From the NCBI GenBank assembly GCA_964462785.1, contig CAYWZA010000001.1, positions 1,144 through 65,143 of the forward strand: a DNA stretch of 64,000 nt, read 5' to 3'. Shown in pieces: positions 45,894 to 54,939 of this stretch (its first letter is position 1; every line of letters begins with the position of its first letter). The notes beneath the pieces were generated by a model that saw only the letters and a program-made list of their open reading frames with translations, made no database searches and was not told the DNA's origin. Made by a program: the position numbers and the translations under genes. Source of the DNA: an uncultured Candidatus Saccharibacteria bacterium. Its GTDB lineage: Bacteria > Patescibacteriota > Minisyncoccia > Phycocordibacterales > UBA2100.

Positions 45894-46433
45894 ATGCGCA
45901 TTCTCATTTGCACGCCACTCTACCCACCAGACACTGAGCCGTCTGCGCGCTACGTGCAAGAACTCGCCACCCGGCTCACCTCTCGTGGACATACGATCAC
46001 TGTGCTCGCCTACGGTGCACTTCTGGAACCAACGGTAGGGGTTGTATTGCATCCAATACCAAAGGAAGCCCCTTTATCGATAAGATTGATGCACTATGCA
46101 CGTGCACTGCTGCAATTGCAACAACACGTGGATGTGATCATGTGTGAGAATGGGCCCTCGGTCGAGCTTCCGTTTTTTCTCACATCTTTCTTTACTCATG
46201 TGAAAAGAATCCTACATGACAGTGACGTTCGGGCACGTGCAGTTCGCAAGCGCCATATCATTTTCGATACAATTCACCGAGCTGCGCGTTTGCGCGCTGA
46301 TTCAGTGTTCGTAGGCACCCCGCTCCCACGACCGGAACTTCTGCCATTCACCCCGCATCCCGCGGAGGCGTTCACACAGTATGAGGTATCGTGGGTGCGC
46401 CATCTTGACGCGTTGACACGATGCGTCATATGA
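45894..46433 (+). CDS. GT4 N-terminal-domain-only protein (truncated glycosyltransferase; possible gene remnant)
   Basis: MRILICTPLYPPDTEPSARYVQELATRL is a typical Glyco_trans_4 N-domain start. The 179-aa ORF lacks the C-terminal catalytic E-X7-E domain and its end overlaps the next gene's start. Confidence 0.4.
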   Translation: MRILICTPLYPPDTEPSARYVQELATRLTSRGHTITVLAYGALLEPTVGVVLHPIPKEAPLSIRLMHYARALLQLQQHVDVIMCENGPSVELPFFLTSFFTHVKRILHDSDVRARAVRKRHIIFDTIHRAARLRADSVFVGTPLPRPELLPFTPHPAEAFTQYEVSWVRHLDALTRCVI

Positions 46434-47527
46434 AGAATCTCGAAGCAAAAGCAGAGTGGAAAATGTACGTAGCGCATGAGCACGCTGCGCTCGTACCCGT
46501 GCTCAAACACTACGGCTATGAACTTGAGCCGGAACAGCCGCACGTCATGGGCGAACGATATGTGATGAATGCAATGACCACCGCAAGCGGTCAGAAGCTT
46601 GTCTTCGTGGGGCGGACGGCGAGTAATGAGCGCGTCATTATTAAGTCGAGCGTAGACCCAGACGGGCGAGAAGAGCTCGAGCATGAGCGTCGCGCGAGAA
46701 GCGCAATCGCCACATTGCGATTCGCATACGAAATATTCGCCACACCTCGCGAGCTTCTGTTCGTGCGAGACGGAACCCGTACGATCGTAGTGTACGAATT
46801 TATTGAGCAGGAGAAGACATTTTTGGAACGCCCCCTCGCAGAGCAATTTGACTTTGCGCTGTGTGCGTTCAAAGCTCAGGAGGGAGCCCGCGCCACGACA
46901 CACAAACACCAACGCCTCATTCGCAATGTGTTCGAAGTTGCTGACGCCTCGTGGTATTTCGCACATCTTAAGAAATTCGAAACGCATCTCGCACAGAGCA
47001 CATCCACTGAGCGCGAAATATGGGTGCGTGTGCAGGCTCTATTCATGGACCATGCGGAAGTGATTAATCGCTATGGTTCATTCCTTACCCATACAGACTT
47101 CGTACCCCACAACTTCCGCATCAAAGATCGGATCATCTATTTGCTTGATTTTTCATCGCTTCGTTTCGGGAACAAGTATGATGGCTGGGCTCGTTTCCTA
47201 AACTTCATGGCACTCTATAATCCCCCACTCGAGCAGGCGCTGACTGAATATGTATCACTCAATCGATCTGAAGGAGAGCAACAATCGCTTCGACTCATGC
47301 GTCTCTACCGACTCACTGAGCTTGCCTCATTTTACGCGGTCACGCTTGATCGAGCGGGAGAACCGCTTCGTCAGCTCAACACCGTCCGTATGCATTTTTG
47401 GCTCCGCATGCTTGCGGAAATGCTCGAAGGTCGGCGTATGTCTGATGACGTACGCACTGAATATATGCGCACACGCGATGCGCTCCGCAGTGACGACGAG
47501 AAGAAACGCCAGCAGGGACTGCACTAA
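46421..47527 (+). CDS. Kinase-fold phosphotransferase (APH/CotS/choline-kinase-like)
   Basis: HTDFVPHNFRI (HxDxxxxN catalytic loop) followed by LLDFSSLRFG (DFG-equivalent). Confidence 0.6.
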   Translation: MRHMKNLEAKAEWKMYVAHEHAALVPVLKHYGYELEPEQPHVMGERYVMNAMTTASGQKLVFVGRTASNERVIIKSSVDPDGREELEHERRARSAIATLRFAYEIFATPRELLFVRDGTRTIVVYEFIEQEKTFLERPLAEQFDFALCAFKAQEGARATTHKHQRLIRNVFEVADASWYFAHLKKFETHLAQSTSTEREIWVRVQALFMDHAEVINRYGSFLTHTDFVPHNFRIKDRIIYLLDFSSLRFGNKYDGWARFLNFMALYNPPLEQALTEYVSLNRSEGEQQSLRLMRLYRLTELASFYAVTLDRAGEPLRQLNTVRMHFWLRMLAEMLEGRRMSDDVRTEYMRTRDALRSDDEKKRQQGLH

Positions 47528-48081
47528 TCCAGCATCCTCATTTGGCTAATCGCACTCTCATACTCATTGATCAATGGGTGCTGCCATGATTTCTTAAACA
47601 CAGCGAGCATATGCTCTTCGTTACGAAGTTTTGTTTCTTTGTCACGATTGAACGATTCCCAAATCGAATTACCCATAGTTTTATGGCTGGCAATAATTGA
47701 TTGTGCGTTGTGAATTTTATCCGCAATTGAGACGGCTTTCACCGCGTCCGAGCCACGACGTACCGATTCCGCATATGCCTCTTTGCGCGCCTCCCAGGGA
47801 AGTTCCTTATCTTCCGAGACAGCTTTTACAATGTCGGTGACTTCGTCACCTAACTCGCTGCGTAATGTTTCTTCCGAGACATCAGTATCTTCGACCACAT
47901 CATGCGCGAGTGCTGCAGCAACAATAATTTCTCCAAAGCCCTGCCCAGCGAGCATGCGCGCTACCGCAATCGGATGATTAATATAGGGAGTCTTATCGGT
48001 TTTACGCACCTGTCCCTCATGTGCCGCTGTTGCGATGGCAAGAGCCTTTTGAACGAGCGGGTGTTCAAATATGGTATGCAT
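47524..48081 (-). CDS. Small HD-domain (p)ppGpp hydrolase-like protein (SpoT/RelA hydrolase-domain homolog)
   Basis: YINHPIAVARML…AALAHDVVEDT reproduces the RelA/SpoT HD block (HP…HDxxED). ~185 aa with no synthetase domain. I prefer the MHTIF start at 48081, which avoids overlap with the upstream gene. Confidence 0.6.
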   Translation of the reverse strand: MHTIFEHPLVQKALAIATAAHEGQVRKTDKTPYINHPIAVARMLAGQGFGEIIVAAALAHDVVEDTDVSEETLRSELGDEVTDIVKAVSEDKELPWEARKEAYAESVRRGSDAVKAVSIADKIHNAQSIIASHKTMGNSIWESFNRDKETKLRNEEHMLAVFKKSWQHPLINEYESAISQMRMLD

Positions 48082-48083
48082 GA

Positions 48084-50207
48084 TTATTCCAAGACCTTTC
48101 CAAAGACTTTCGTTTGCATATCTTTCGCGATCATATCCCAATCATAGTCCCGCTCCACCACCTTGCGAGCATTCTCAGAAATGAGCCTGGCTTTTTCTGG
48201 ATTCATTATTATTTCTTTTACTTTCTTAGCAATCGCTTGCGGATCGTCTGGTGGTACAATCCAGGCAGTCTCCCCATCTACAGCATAATCGGCGATGCCT
48301 CCGACGCCGGACGTGACAAGTGGCAATCGTGATGCCAGTGCCGATACAAACGCATTACCAAGTCCCTCTGAGCGCGACGGGGCTACGAAGATATCACTGG
48401 CTTTGCGATAGAGCGTAACGACAGATCGATCAACACGACCCGTGAAAATCACTCGGTCCTTGAGATTCAAAATGCGAGCAAGGTCTTTGAGCTTCGCTTC
48501 ATCTTCTCCATCACCTACAGCGACGAAAGTGATGTTTTTGGGTAAGTGCTCAAGCGCACGGATGATGGTGTCAAAGCCTTTCTGGTGCACCAGGCGCGAC
48601 GTATTCACGAGGAAGATGTCTCCCTCTTTCTTTCCGAGTTCTTTCTTCATCTCATCGATCTGATGTTGCGTGAAAGTCTCTTTGAGATCATTCGGGTTGG
48701 CGCCGTTCTTCACGAGAACGATTTCACCTGTATATCCCATCGAGCGCGCCCAACCGCTTAAATAGTTCGAGATACTCTGCACTATGTCGGCACTCGTGAA
48801 CGCGCGTTTAAAAAGTGGCCACGCTGGACGCATCACCCGCTCAATGTGCTCGATCGGATCACCCTCCTGAAGGGTAAGAACATACGGGGTGCGCGGCGAG
48901 AACAGTTTAAAAATTGCTGCAGGAATGCCTGCTGAGTGTGCCATCATGGACCAGATGCCGTCGTAGCGGTATCTCGCATGGAGCTGAAGCCCTTTCAACC
49001 CGCCAAGGATCTGAAACAGGTACTTGTTCATCTTGAGAATGAATTTTCCGCCATAATCCCTGAATGCTGGGTCAGGCACCCCAAAACCAATTCGATGCAC
49101 CAGCACATTCCCATATCGCTCCACACGCGGAATGTTCGAATTCCACCAGCACGTCACCATATGAAACTCGATATCCTGCGGTGAAATACGATCGGTGATC
49201 TCCTTGATTGCCGGCTCTGCACCGCCGTGAAAATTCGGATAATACGCGAGCGAAAAAATGAGTACTCGTTTCTTGGGTTTAAGGTTTACGAATTCAGTCA
49301 TATCCTGACGTCGTGTGTGTGCCTCAGTAGTTTTGAGCATTTTCACATACTCTGCAAGTGTGTGGTGTTGTCGCCAGCCAAGCGCTTCGAGCTTGGAAGT
49401 GTCTACAGATTCGGACGACCGCGTTGATTTTGTGGGTGATGAATATTCCAAATGTCCGCCGAACATGCGTGCAACATCGAGCAGGCTGAGTGTCTCCTTG
49501 GCACAAATACCGAACTCATCGTTCTGCCCTTTGTTTCCCGCGAGCACGATTCCCTCGACCGTGTCGAGAACGTGTGTGAAAGCCCGCTTTTGGTTTCCCG
49601 AACCTGCAATACGATGCGGTGTTCCATGGAGCCAGTTCTGATGTAATATTTCGATGAGCGTGCCATACTGATCTCCCCGCTCTCGTGGACCGTATACATT
49701 GTAGAAATAGACAATCGCGTACGGCAGCTCAAACCACCGCGCATACTGCACCACAAGCTCACTCATTGCCGCCTTGGACCACGTGTACGGCGCAAGATTT
49801 CTTCCCTCAATGCCATCCTCATCCCGAAAAGTGAACTTGGTCGAGGAACCCGCATAGACAAACTTACAACGCTTTTCACGCCAATACTCAAGTACACCGA
49901 GGGTGCCAAGGAGATTCAGATCGAATGTCACCTGTGGCTCGGTGAGCGAATGCCGCACCCGAGAATATTCCCCTAGGTGGTAGATGATATCCGGATCTTC
50001 CGGGATGAGCTTTGCAATATCTTTTGTATGCCCGCGCCGATACTCCACACCCTCTACATGATTGCTTTCCGACCCGGTGAAATAGTTGTCGAGAGAAATA
50101 ACACGATGACCGTCCTTTGCTAGACGTTCACAAAGATGGGAGCCAATAAACCCAGCTCCGCCTGTCACGACGACTGTCTTTCTAGGCTGCACCAAAATAT
50201 AATACAA
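48084..50207 (-). CDS. Fusion protein: N-terminal UXS/ArnA-like NAD-dependent epimerase/dehydratase + C-terminal GT4 glycosyltransferase
   Basis: N-terminal VVVTGGAGFIGSHLCERL, DNYFTGS and YTWSKAA (YxxxK) over ~300 aa. Then a GT-B domain with …SRSEGLGNAFVSALASRLPLVTSGVGG… (E-X7-E-like). Total 707 aa. Confidence 0.8.
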   Translation of the reverse strand: MYYILVQPRKTVVVTGGAGFIGSHLCERLAKDGHRVISLDNYFTGSESNHVEGVEYRRGHTKDIAKLIPEDPDIIYHLGEYSRVRHSLTEPQVTFDLNLLGTLGVLEYWREKRCKFVYAGSSTKFTFRDEDGIEGRNLAPYTWSKAAMSELVVQYARWFELPYAIVYFYNVYGPRERGDQYGTLIEILHQNWLHGTPHRIAGSGNQKRAFTHVLDTVEGIVLAGNKGQNDEFGICAKETLSLLDVARMFGGHLEYSSPTKSTRSSESVDTSKLEALGWRQHHTLAEYVKMLKTTEAHTRRQDMTEFVNLKPKKRVLIFSLAYYPNFHGGAEPAIKEITDRISPQDIEFHMVTCWWNSNIPRVERYGNVLVHRIGFGVPDPAFRDYGGKFILKMNKYLFQILGGLKGLQLHARYRYDGIWSMMAHSAGIPAAIFKLFSPRTPYVLTLQEGDPIEHIERVMRPAWPLFKRAFTSADIVQSISNYLSGWARSMGYTGEIVLVKNGANPNDLKETFTQHQIDEMKKELGKKEGDIFLVNTSRLVHQKGFDTIIRALEHLPKNITFVAVGDGEDEAKLKDLARILNLKDRVIFTGRVDRSVVTLYRKASDIFVAPSRSEGLGNAFVSALASRLPLVTSGVGGIADYAVDGETAWIVPPDDPQAIAKKVKEIIMNPEKARLISENARKVVERDYDWDMIAKDMQTKVFGKVLE

Positions 50208-50241
50208 TAATTAGCCTGCCTCTTCAATGGTCGTCAATACT

Positions 50242-51690
50242 TCATGCAATTTCCTGAATATCCCATTCTTTGTTGCCGGCGGTGCCGCTGGTGCGGGAGG
50301 CGAAGTATGCACCGGTGGCACCGATCGCTATGAGAGCGACGAGGGCAATCGTCCACATGTTGATAATCCCGTCTTCTTGCGCCTGAATCGGGGTTGCAGC
50401 CGCTGCGGCAGCGCGGAGTTGTAGCTCAGGTTCTTCAACTGGTTCTGTTTCGACAACAGACGCCGGGGCAGATGGCACAGCGCGCGGTGCTTCTTTTGCT
50501 TGTGCAGATGCCTTTGGCTGCGCAGCTGGCGCATGAATGATCGCGGGCTTTGCTGGTAAGGTGGCGATAGCCACCGAGCCGTTTGGATATAGTAGTGCGA
50601 ACCCTGCCACCGCCTCAAATCCGAGTGACGCGGGTGGAATGATAATTCGCTCATTCGTGAGCACGACAGTATCTTCTGGAATGTGAAAAATATGTTCGCT
50701 ACTCTTTATCATCCACAGCGACAGATCGAGGTCGGTCGAGTCAGTATTTTCAATCACCGCGCTGCCGTCAGGAAGTGTGGCGAGCGCGAATGCCGCAGGC
50801 TTGGCTGTGACGATTACGCGATCCGTCGCGGAGTGTGTATCTGCCGATGCATTGAGGGTGACCACATAGCGCCCCGGATGCGCAAACGCATGCAGCACAC
50901 GTGATCCCTCAATGGCTTTTCCATCACCAAAGTTCCACACAAAGCGCACGCCGAGAGGACCCATCGGCTCCCCCGCTTTCGTTGCCGCCTTAGCTTCAAA
51001 TATCGTATCTGCTCCCACGATCACTGCGCGATCCTCGCCGGCAAATGCGAGCATGTTGGATTCAAAGGTATAGCCAGAGCTCGAACTTTGCGTTTGTGTT
51101 TGTTGCGAAGTGGTAGTGGCGCTCTGCGCTGTGCTTGTGTTGCTCGATGCACTTGCAACAAGCGTGCCGGTACTGGGCGTGGGCGATGCAGGAATTAGTG
51201 TGCCGCTCCCCGCACTCCCGCGATGCAAGCTATTACCATCACCCGCAGCGCCGCTGCTTTCGATGTAGCTCACGGTATCAACAGTTGTTCCATCAGCATT
51301 GACGAGCGAGACAGTGTCGCCGGTGTTGTTCATCGCAAGCACGGTATCGATAACATTCGACGCGGATGGGTATGCGTTTGCAAATAAGGATGCATCTGAC
51401 GCGAGGATCAGATACCCACCACTGGGAATACTCATTGAGCCTTTGCTCCCATTTTCCGGCGGCTCGTTGAATACGTGATTCGAGCCGTCATTAATTTTCC
51501 ATCCAGTGATATCGACTGCTGATCCGCTGGCATTAAAAATTTCCACCCATTCATTGCCGGTATCCGTACCGGCGGGGTCGTACATGATTTCGCTGATGAC
51601 TACCTGCGCAAAGGCGCTCGTGGGAGAAAAAAGCAGTGCCCCAACAAGAAGACTGATATAGGATCCTATGCTAATCGAGCGCTCCATCAT
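50242..51690 (-). CDS. Membrane-anchored surface protein with lamin-tail domain (LTD) and PKD domain
   Basis: Signal peptide (ISLLVGALLFSPTSAFA); LTD core VVISEIMYDPAGTDTGNEWVEIFNASGSAVDITGWKINDG; PKD-like VRFVWNFGDGKAIEGSRVLHAFAHPGRYVVTLNA; C-terminal TM (WTIALVALIAIGATGAYF). The ORF track extends it to 52338 by reading an alternative frame across the neighbouring gene's low-complexity tail; I place the start at MMERS 51690. Confidence 0.6.
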   Translation of the reverse strand: MMERSISIGSYISLLVGALLFSPTSAFAQVVISEIMYDPAGTDTGNEWVEIFNASGSAVDITGWKINDGSNHVFNEPPENGSKGSMSIPSGGYLILASDASLFANAYPSASNVIDTVLAMNNTGDTVSLVNADGTTVDTVSYIESSGAAGDGNSLHRGSAGSGTLIPASPTPSTGTLVASASSNTSTAQSATTTSQQTQTQSSSSGYTFESNMLAFAGEDRAVIVGADTIFEAKAATKAGEPMGPLGVRFVWNFGDGKAIEGSRVLHAFAHPGRYVVTLNASADTHSATDRVIVTAKPAAFALATLPDGSAVIENTDSTDLDLSLWMIKSSEHIFHIPEDTVVLTNERIIIPPASLGFEAVAGFALLYPNGSVAIATLPAKPAIIHAPAAQPKASAQAKEAPRAVPSAPASVVETEPVEEPELQLRAAAAAATPIQAQEDGIINMWTIALVALIAIGATGAYFASRTSGTAGNKEWDIQEIA

Positions 51691-53674
51691 CGCCGTAGAG
51701 TACTTTACGCAACTCCGCAGGGTCAACTCCACGCGTTGGTTGCTGTGTGTTCTGTTGTGGGGACTGCGGGTTTTGTGGGGGTTGAGGTTTTGATGGAGGA
51801 GGTTGAGTTGGTTGGCTTTGGTGTTGTGGGGCGGATTGGCGCTGTGCCGGTGCTGTATGCTGCTGCGGAGCTGGTGCGGGGCGGGGCGTTGGCGGTGTGG
51901 GCTGTTCCACAAACTGCCGTGCGTGCTGCAAACCATTTGATTTGTTTTGCTGTGGTGCCGCAGGATTGGAACGAGCAGAGGCAATCGCGTCTTTGAGTGC
52001 ACTGCGCGCATCTGGCTGAGCTGTCGATGGACGTTGTTGTTGAGGCTTGGTGTGCATCGTGCGTAAAATATCAGCGGGGCTTTTTTGCTGATGTATCTCG
52101 GGCAATATTTCGTGTTTACGCTCAGGAGGGCGCGGAGCAGTGGGCGCCGAGCGCGCCGCAATGGGCGCTGGTTGCGGCTGCCCCTCGGGGCGAGGTGGGC
52201 GCGCGTCGCGCTGTACATCCGGACGCGGAAACTGTGCCGCGGGAGCAAGCGGCACGGGTGGTGGTGGCGCCTCATCTCTCGGTCGCGTGCCATATGTTGT
52301 TCCGACGCTTTTTGTTGCCGGCTTTTGTCCTTTGGCACTGTCTACCTTGTGCTTTTCTTTCGCCGCCACCTGCCACTTTTCACCCGCCTCATTCACCTCT
52401 CGCTCAACTACCTCGCGCGCTCTGCCGTAGCGATGGCGCGTCCAGTGCATGATGTCTTCACGATACGATTCACTCGGCGCCTCGACGGGCGAGAGCGTGT
52501 GCGCAGAAAACGGCGCGGAGCCGACGCCATCAATCATAAGATTGAGATAAATATCACCGCGTCCAAGACCCACCATGTCTTCAGGTAAAAATGTGGGCCC
52601 GAAGACCGGTTCCAGGAATTGCGCGTCCATAGGACCGACGCGGAAAATGATAGTTGTGCCCACGTTGCCGAATACAGCGTTTCGTACCTCCTCTTCCATC
52701 TGTTCGATGTATTGATTTGCAATGGTGAGACACAGTTTATATTTGCGCGATTCTGAAAGAATATTTTCAAACGCGCGATTGGAAACGTTTTGAAATTCGT
52801 CGACGTAGAAATAGCAGTTCGGGAGCTTAGCCATGGTCGCCGGAGACTCTTCGGCGCGCGAAAGCGCGGCAAGATATATTTTGATCACGAGCATGCTTCC
52901 CAACAGTGCGGAGTTTGCCTCACCCATACGCCCCTTTGAAAGATTCACGATGATGATTTTTCGATCGTCCATCATTTGCCGGAAATCGAATGTTGATTTC
53001 GCCTGACCGAGAATGTTGCGAATGAGCGGGTTTGATACAAACTGCCCGATTTTATTTTGAATCGCGGGCGTCGCGTCCTGTGTATATTTATCCGAATAGC
53101 CGGCAAACTCTTCTTTCCAAAACATCGCAACGATTGGGTCGGTCACATGCTTCACGACTTCCTCGCGAAACGCTTTGTTTACGAGCATACGATTCACGTC
53201 GATGATGGTCGCGCCCGGGTATTCGAGCAATGCAAACAGTGTGTTTTGCAAAATATATTGCATGCGTGCGCTCCACGCGTCCGCCCAGATGCGCTCAAAG
53301 ACTCCCATGAGCCCCGCCACGACTTTGTGGCGGTTGTCGTAGCCGACATCTTCGAGAATGTTGAAGCCAATGGGGTATTCGGTATCAAAGGGCGCAAAAT
53401 ACATCACGTCTTTGACGCGATCCTGCGGCACGAAATCGAGCAGCTTTTCCGCGGTGCTGCCGTGCGGGTCGATAAAGATCATGCTCTCCCCGTTCTGAAT
53501 GTCCTGAATTGCCATGTTTTCGAGCAGGGTGGATTTACCCATACCGCTCTTGCCGATCACATACATGTGTTTATCCCTATCCTTGGCGCGTATGCCAAAC
53601 GCCACGTGCTTCCCGCGCGTGTGTGTTGCCGCCAAAAACGTGATCCGTTCAGGATCCGGAGTCCACTGGTTCAT
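51671..53674 (-). CDS. VirD4/TraG/TraD-like (type IV coupling-protein-like) P-loop ATPase without N-terminal TM segments, with ~230-aa Gln/Pro-rich disordered C-terminal tail
   Basis: MYVIGKSGMGKSTLLENM (Walker A) then IFIDPHGS (DPxG block as in T4CPs); FYVDEFQNV (Walker B); SRKYKLCLTIANQYIEQ resembles the TraG-D_C block. The first ~40 aa are hydrophilic. The C-terminal tail is dominated by P, Q, A repeats. Confidence 0.5.
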   Translation of the reverse strand: MNQWTPDPERITFLAATHTRGKHVAFGIRAKDRDKHMYVIGKSGMGKSTLLENMAIQDIQNGESMIFIDPHGSTAEKLLDFVPQDRVKDVMYFAPFDTEYPIGFNILEDVGYDNRHKVVAGLMGVFERIWADAWSARMQYILQNTLFALLEYPGATIIDVNRMLVNKAFREEVVKHVTDPIVAMFWKEEFAGYSDKYTQDATPAIQNKIGQFVSNPLIRNILGQAKSTFDFRQMMDDRKIIIVNLSKGRMGEANSALLGSMLVIKIYLAALSRAEESPATMAKLPNCYFYVDEFQNVSNRAFENILSESRKYKLCLTIANQYIEQMEEEVRNAVFGNVGTTIIFRVGPMDAQFLEPVFGPTFLPEDMVGLGRGDIYLNLMIDGVGSAPFSAHTLSPVEAPSESYREDIMHWTRHRYGRAREVVEREVNEAGEKWQVAAKEKHKVDSAKGQKPATKSVGTTYGTRPRDEAPPPPVPLAPAAQFPRPDVQRDARPPRPEGQPQPAPIAARSAPTAPRPPERKHEILPEIHQQKSPADILRTMHTKPQQQRPSTAQPDARSALKDAIASARSNPAAPQQNKSNGLQHARQFVEQPTPPTPRPAPAPQQHTAPAQRQSAPQHQSQPTQPPPSKPQPPQNPQSPQQNTQQPTRGVDPAELRKVLYGDDGALD

Positions 53675-53694
53675 GCCCTCATTCTACCACTTCG

Positions 53695-54939
53695 TCAATG
53701 AGTTGCATCTGTAGTACTCGCCAATTCAAGCGCCGCCTTTGTGTATCGATTTGATGGCGCCCAGAGCATCCACGAGGTGAGACCGACATCGTACGTGGCT
53801 TGGATTTGAGCACGCACTTCGACGGGTCCGTAGTCGCCGCCGTAATCAAAATCCTGCAGCCACGGGCGCATCATCGTGCGCGGATATGCTTTTTTAGTAT
53901 AGAGTTGCGGAGTTGTCGTTGGAATTTTTTCACCGCCAAACCACGCGATAGGAGTCGTCGTCGCCTCGGCGCGCCTCACCGCCTCCCCCATCGAGTAATT
54001 CACGACCCCGTACACTTCTTTATTGGGATTGGGATATCCATGGAACTTTGGCGGATAGTGCGACGGATACACCATTGGTGCAATGTAATCAAAATACGGC
54101 ATCGCACGCTCCAAGACCTGCCCAATATTTAAATCATCAGTATTTGTTGTCGTCATGCCAAACAGATCTGCTGAGAGTATGGGTGTGTGTTTATCCTGTT
54201 CTACGCGCACTGCGCGGGAGAGATGCACGAAAAATCGCTCGAGATTTTCTTGGTATGATCCGCGCGAATGCGTGTACGCCACATCTTTCATCGGACCGTC
54301 AGACGGATAGCGAATGTAATCGAAATTGAGCTCATCAACACCGAGTGCATGCGCCTCGTGTGCTATGCCTTCTATATATTTCCAAAACGGCTCGGCGCCG
54401 ACATCGACAAACGCAAGACCTTTGTGATCATGCCACGTCGAGCCGTCGCTTGCTTTTTTCACCGCGTATTCGGGATGTGTTTTTGTATACAGTGGATCTT
54501 GGAACACGGTGATGCGCCCGATGACATAGATGCCGTGGCGATGCATTTCTTTCACCAATTCACGAAATGTTGAGGTGGTACACCCCTTCCCTCCTGCGAT
54601 AGCCACCGTGGATGGAAAAAACACCGTCCCTGTGTAATCTTTCACATCGACAACAATTGCGTTTATTTCCGTTTCGTCTGCGAGCTTAAATAGACTGTCG
54701 CGCAACTCAGACGAGCTGGCGGCACATTGCGACATGTACACCGCTTTCACCGCGTCCGGTGTCGCTACGTGTTCAACCGCAGGCGGTGGCGGAGGCAGAT
54801 CAACCGGCGTCTCTTCTCGTGTAAACGATGCGGGCGCAGACCCAAGACCAACGAGGTGCGCATAATTTGGTGCGAAAAAAGCAACCGCGGCAATCCCCGC
54901 AAACAGCGTTGTCGCAGCGAGCGGCGCTGCGCGTTTCAT
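53695..54939 (-). CDS. Secreted putative glycoside-hydrolase-like TIM-barrel protein (DUF4015/GHL-type), hypothetical
   Basis: Signal peptide, PPPPP linker, then a ~330-aa domain with FDYIRYP and acidic/aromatic blocks reminiscent of DUF4015-type putative glycosyl hydrolases. Low confidence. Confidence 0.35.
   Translation of the reverse strand: MKRAAPLAATTLFAGIAAVAFFAPNYAHLVGLGSAPASFTREETPVDLPPPPPAVEHVATPDAVKAVYMSQCAASSSELRDSLFKLADETEINAIVVDVKDYTGTVFFPSTVAIAGGKGCTTSTFRELVKEMHRHGIYVIGRITVFQDPLYTKTHPEYAVKKASDGSTWHDHKGLAFVDVGAEPFWKYIEGIAHEAHALGVDELNFDYIRYPSDGPMKDVAYTHSRGSYQENLERFFVHLSRAVRVEQDKHTPILSADLFGMTTTNTDDLNIGQVLERAMPYFDYIAPMVYPSHYPPKFHGYPNPNKEVYGVVNYSMGEAVRRAEATTTPIAWFGGEKIPTTTPQLYTKKAYPRTMMRPWLQDFDYGGDYGPVEVRAQIQATYDVGLTSWMLWAPSNRYTKAALELASTTDATH

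Noticed and set aside
51691-52338. N-terminal 216 codons of ORF 50242..52338 (MPKDKSRQQKASEQHMARDREMRRHHH…), which would make the LTD/PKD protein 698 aa
   Set aside because: This segment is an alternative frame over the GC-rich DNA encoding the neighbouring ATPase's Gln/Pro tail. It is Arg/His/Pro-rich junk-like sequence and contains no signal peptide. A clean signal-peptide start (MMERSISIGSYISLLVGALLF) occurs at 51690, so I start the gene there.
51736-52588. Plus-strand ORFs 51736..51996, 51997..52452, 52085..52588, 52140..52430 and 53057..53701 inside the VirD4-like ATPase gene
   Set aside because: Antisense or alternate-frame ORFs produced by low-complexity GC-rich sequence. Their translations are Arg/Gly/Ala homopolymer-like with no motifs, while the minus-strand frame has clear Walker A/B motifs.
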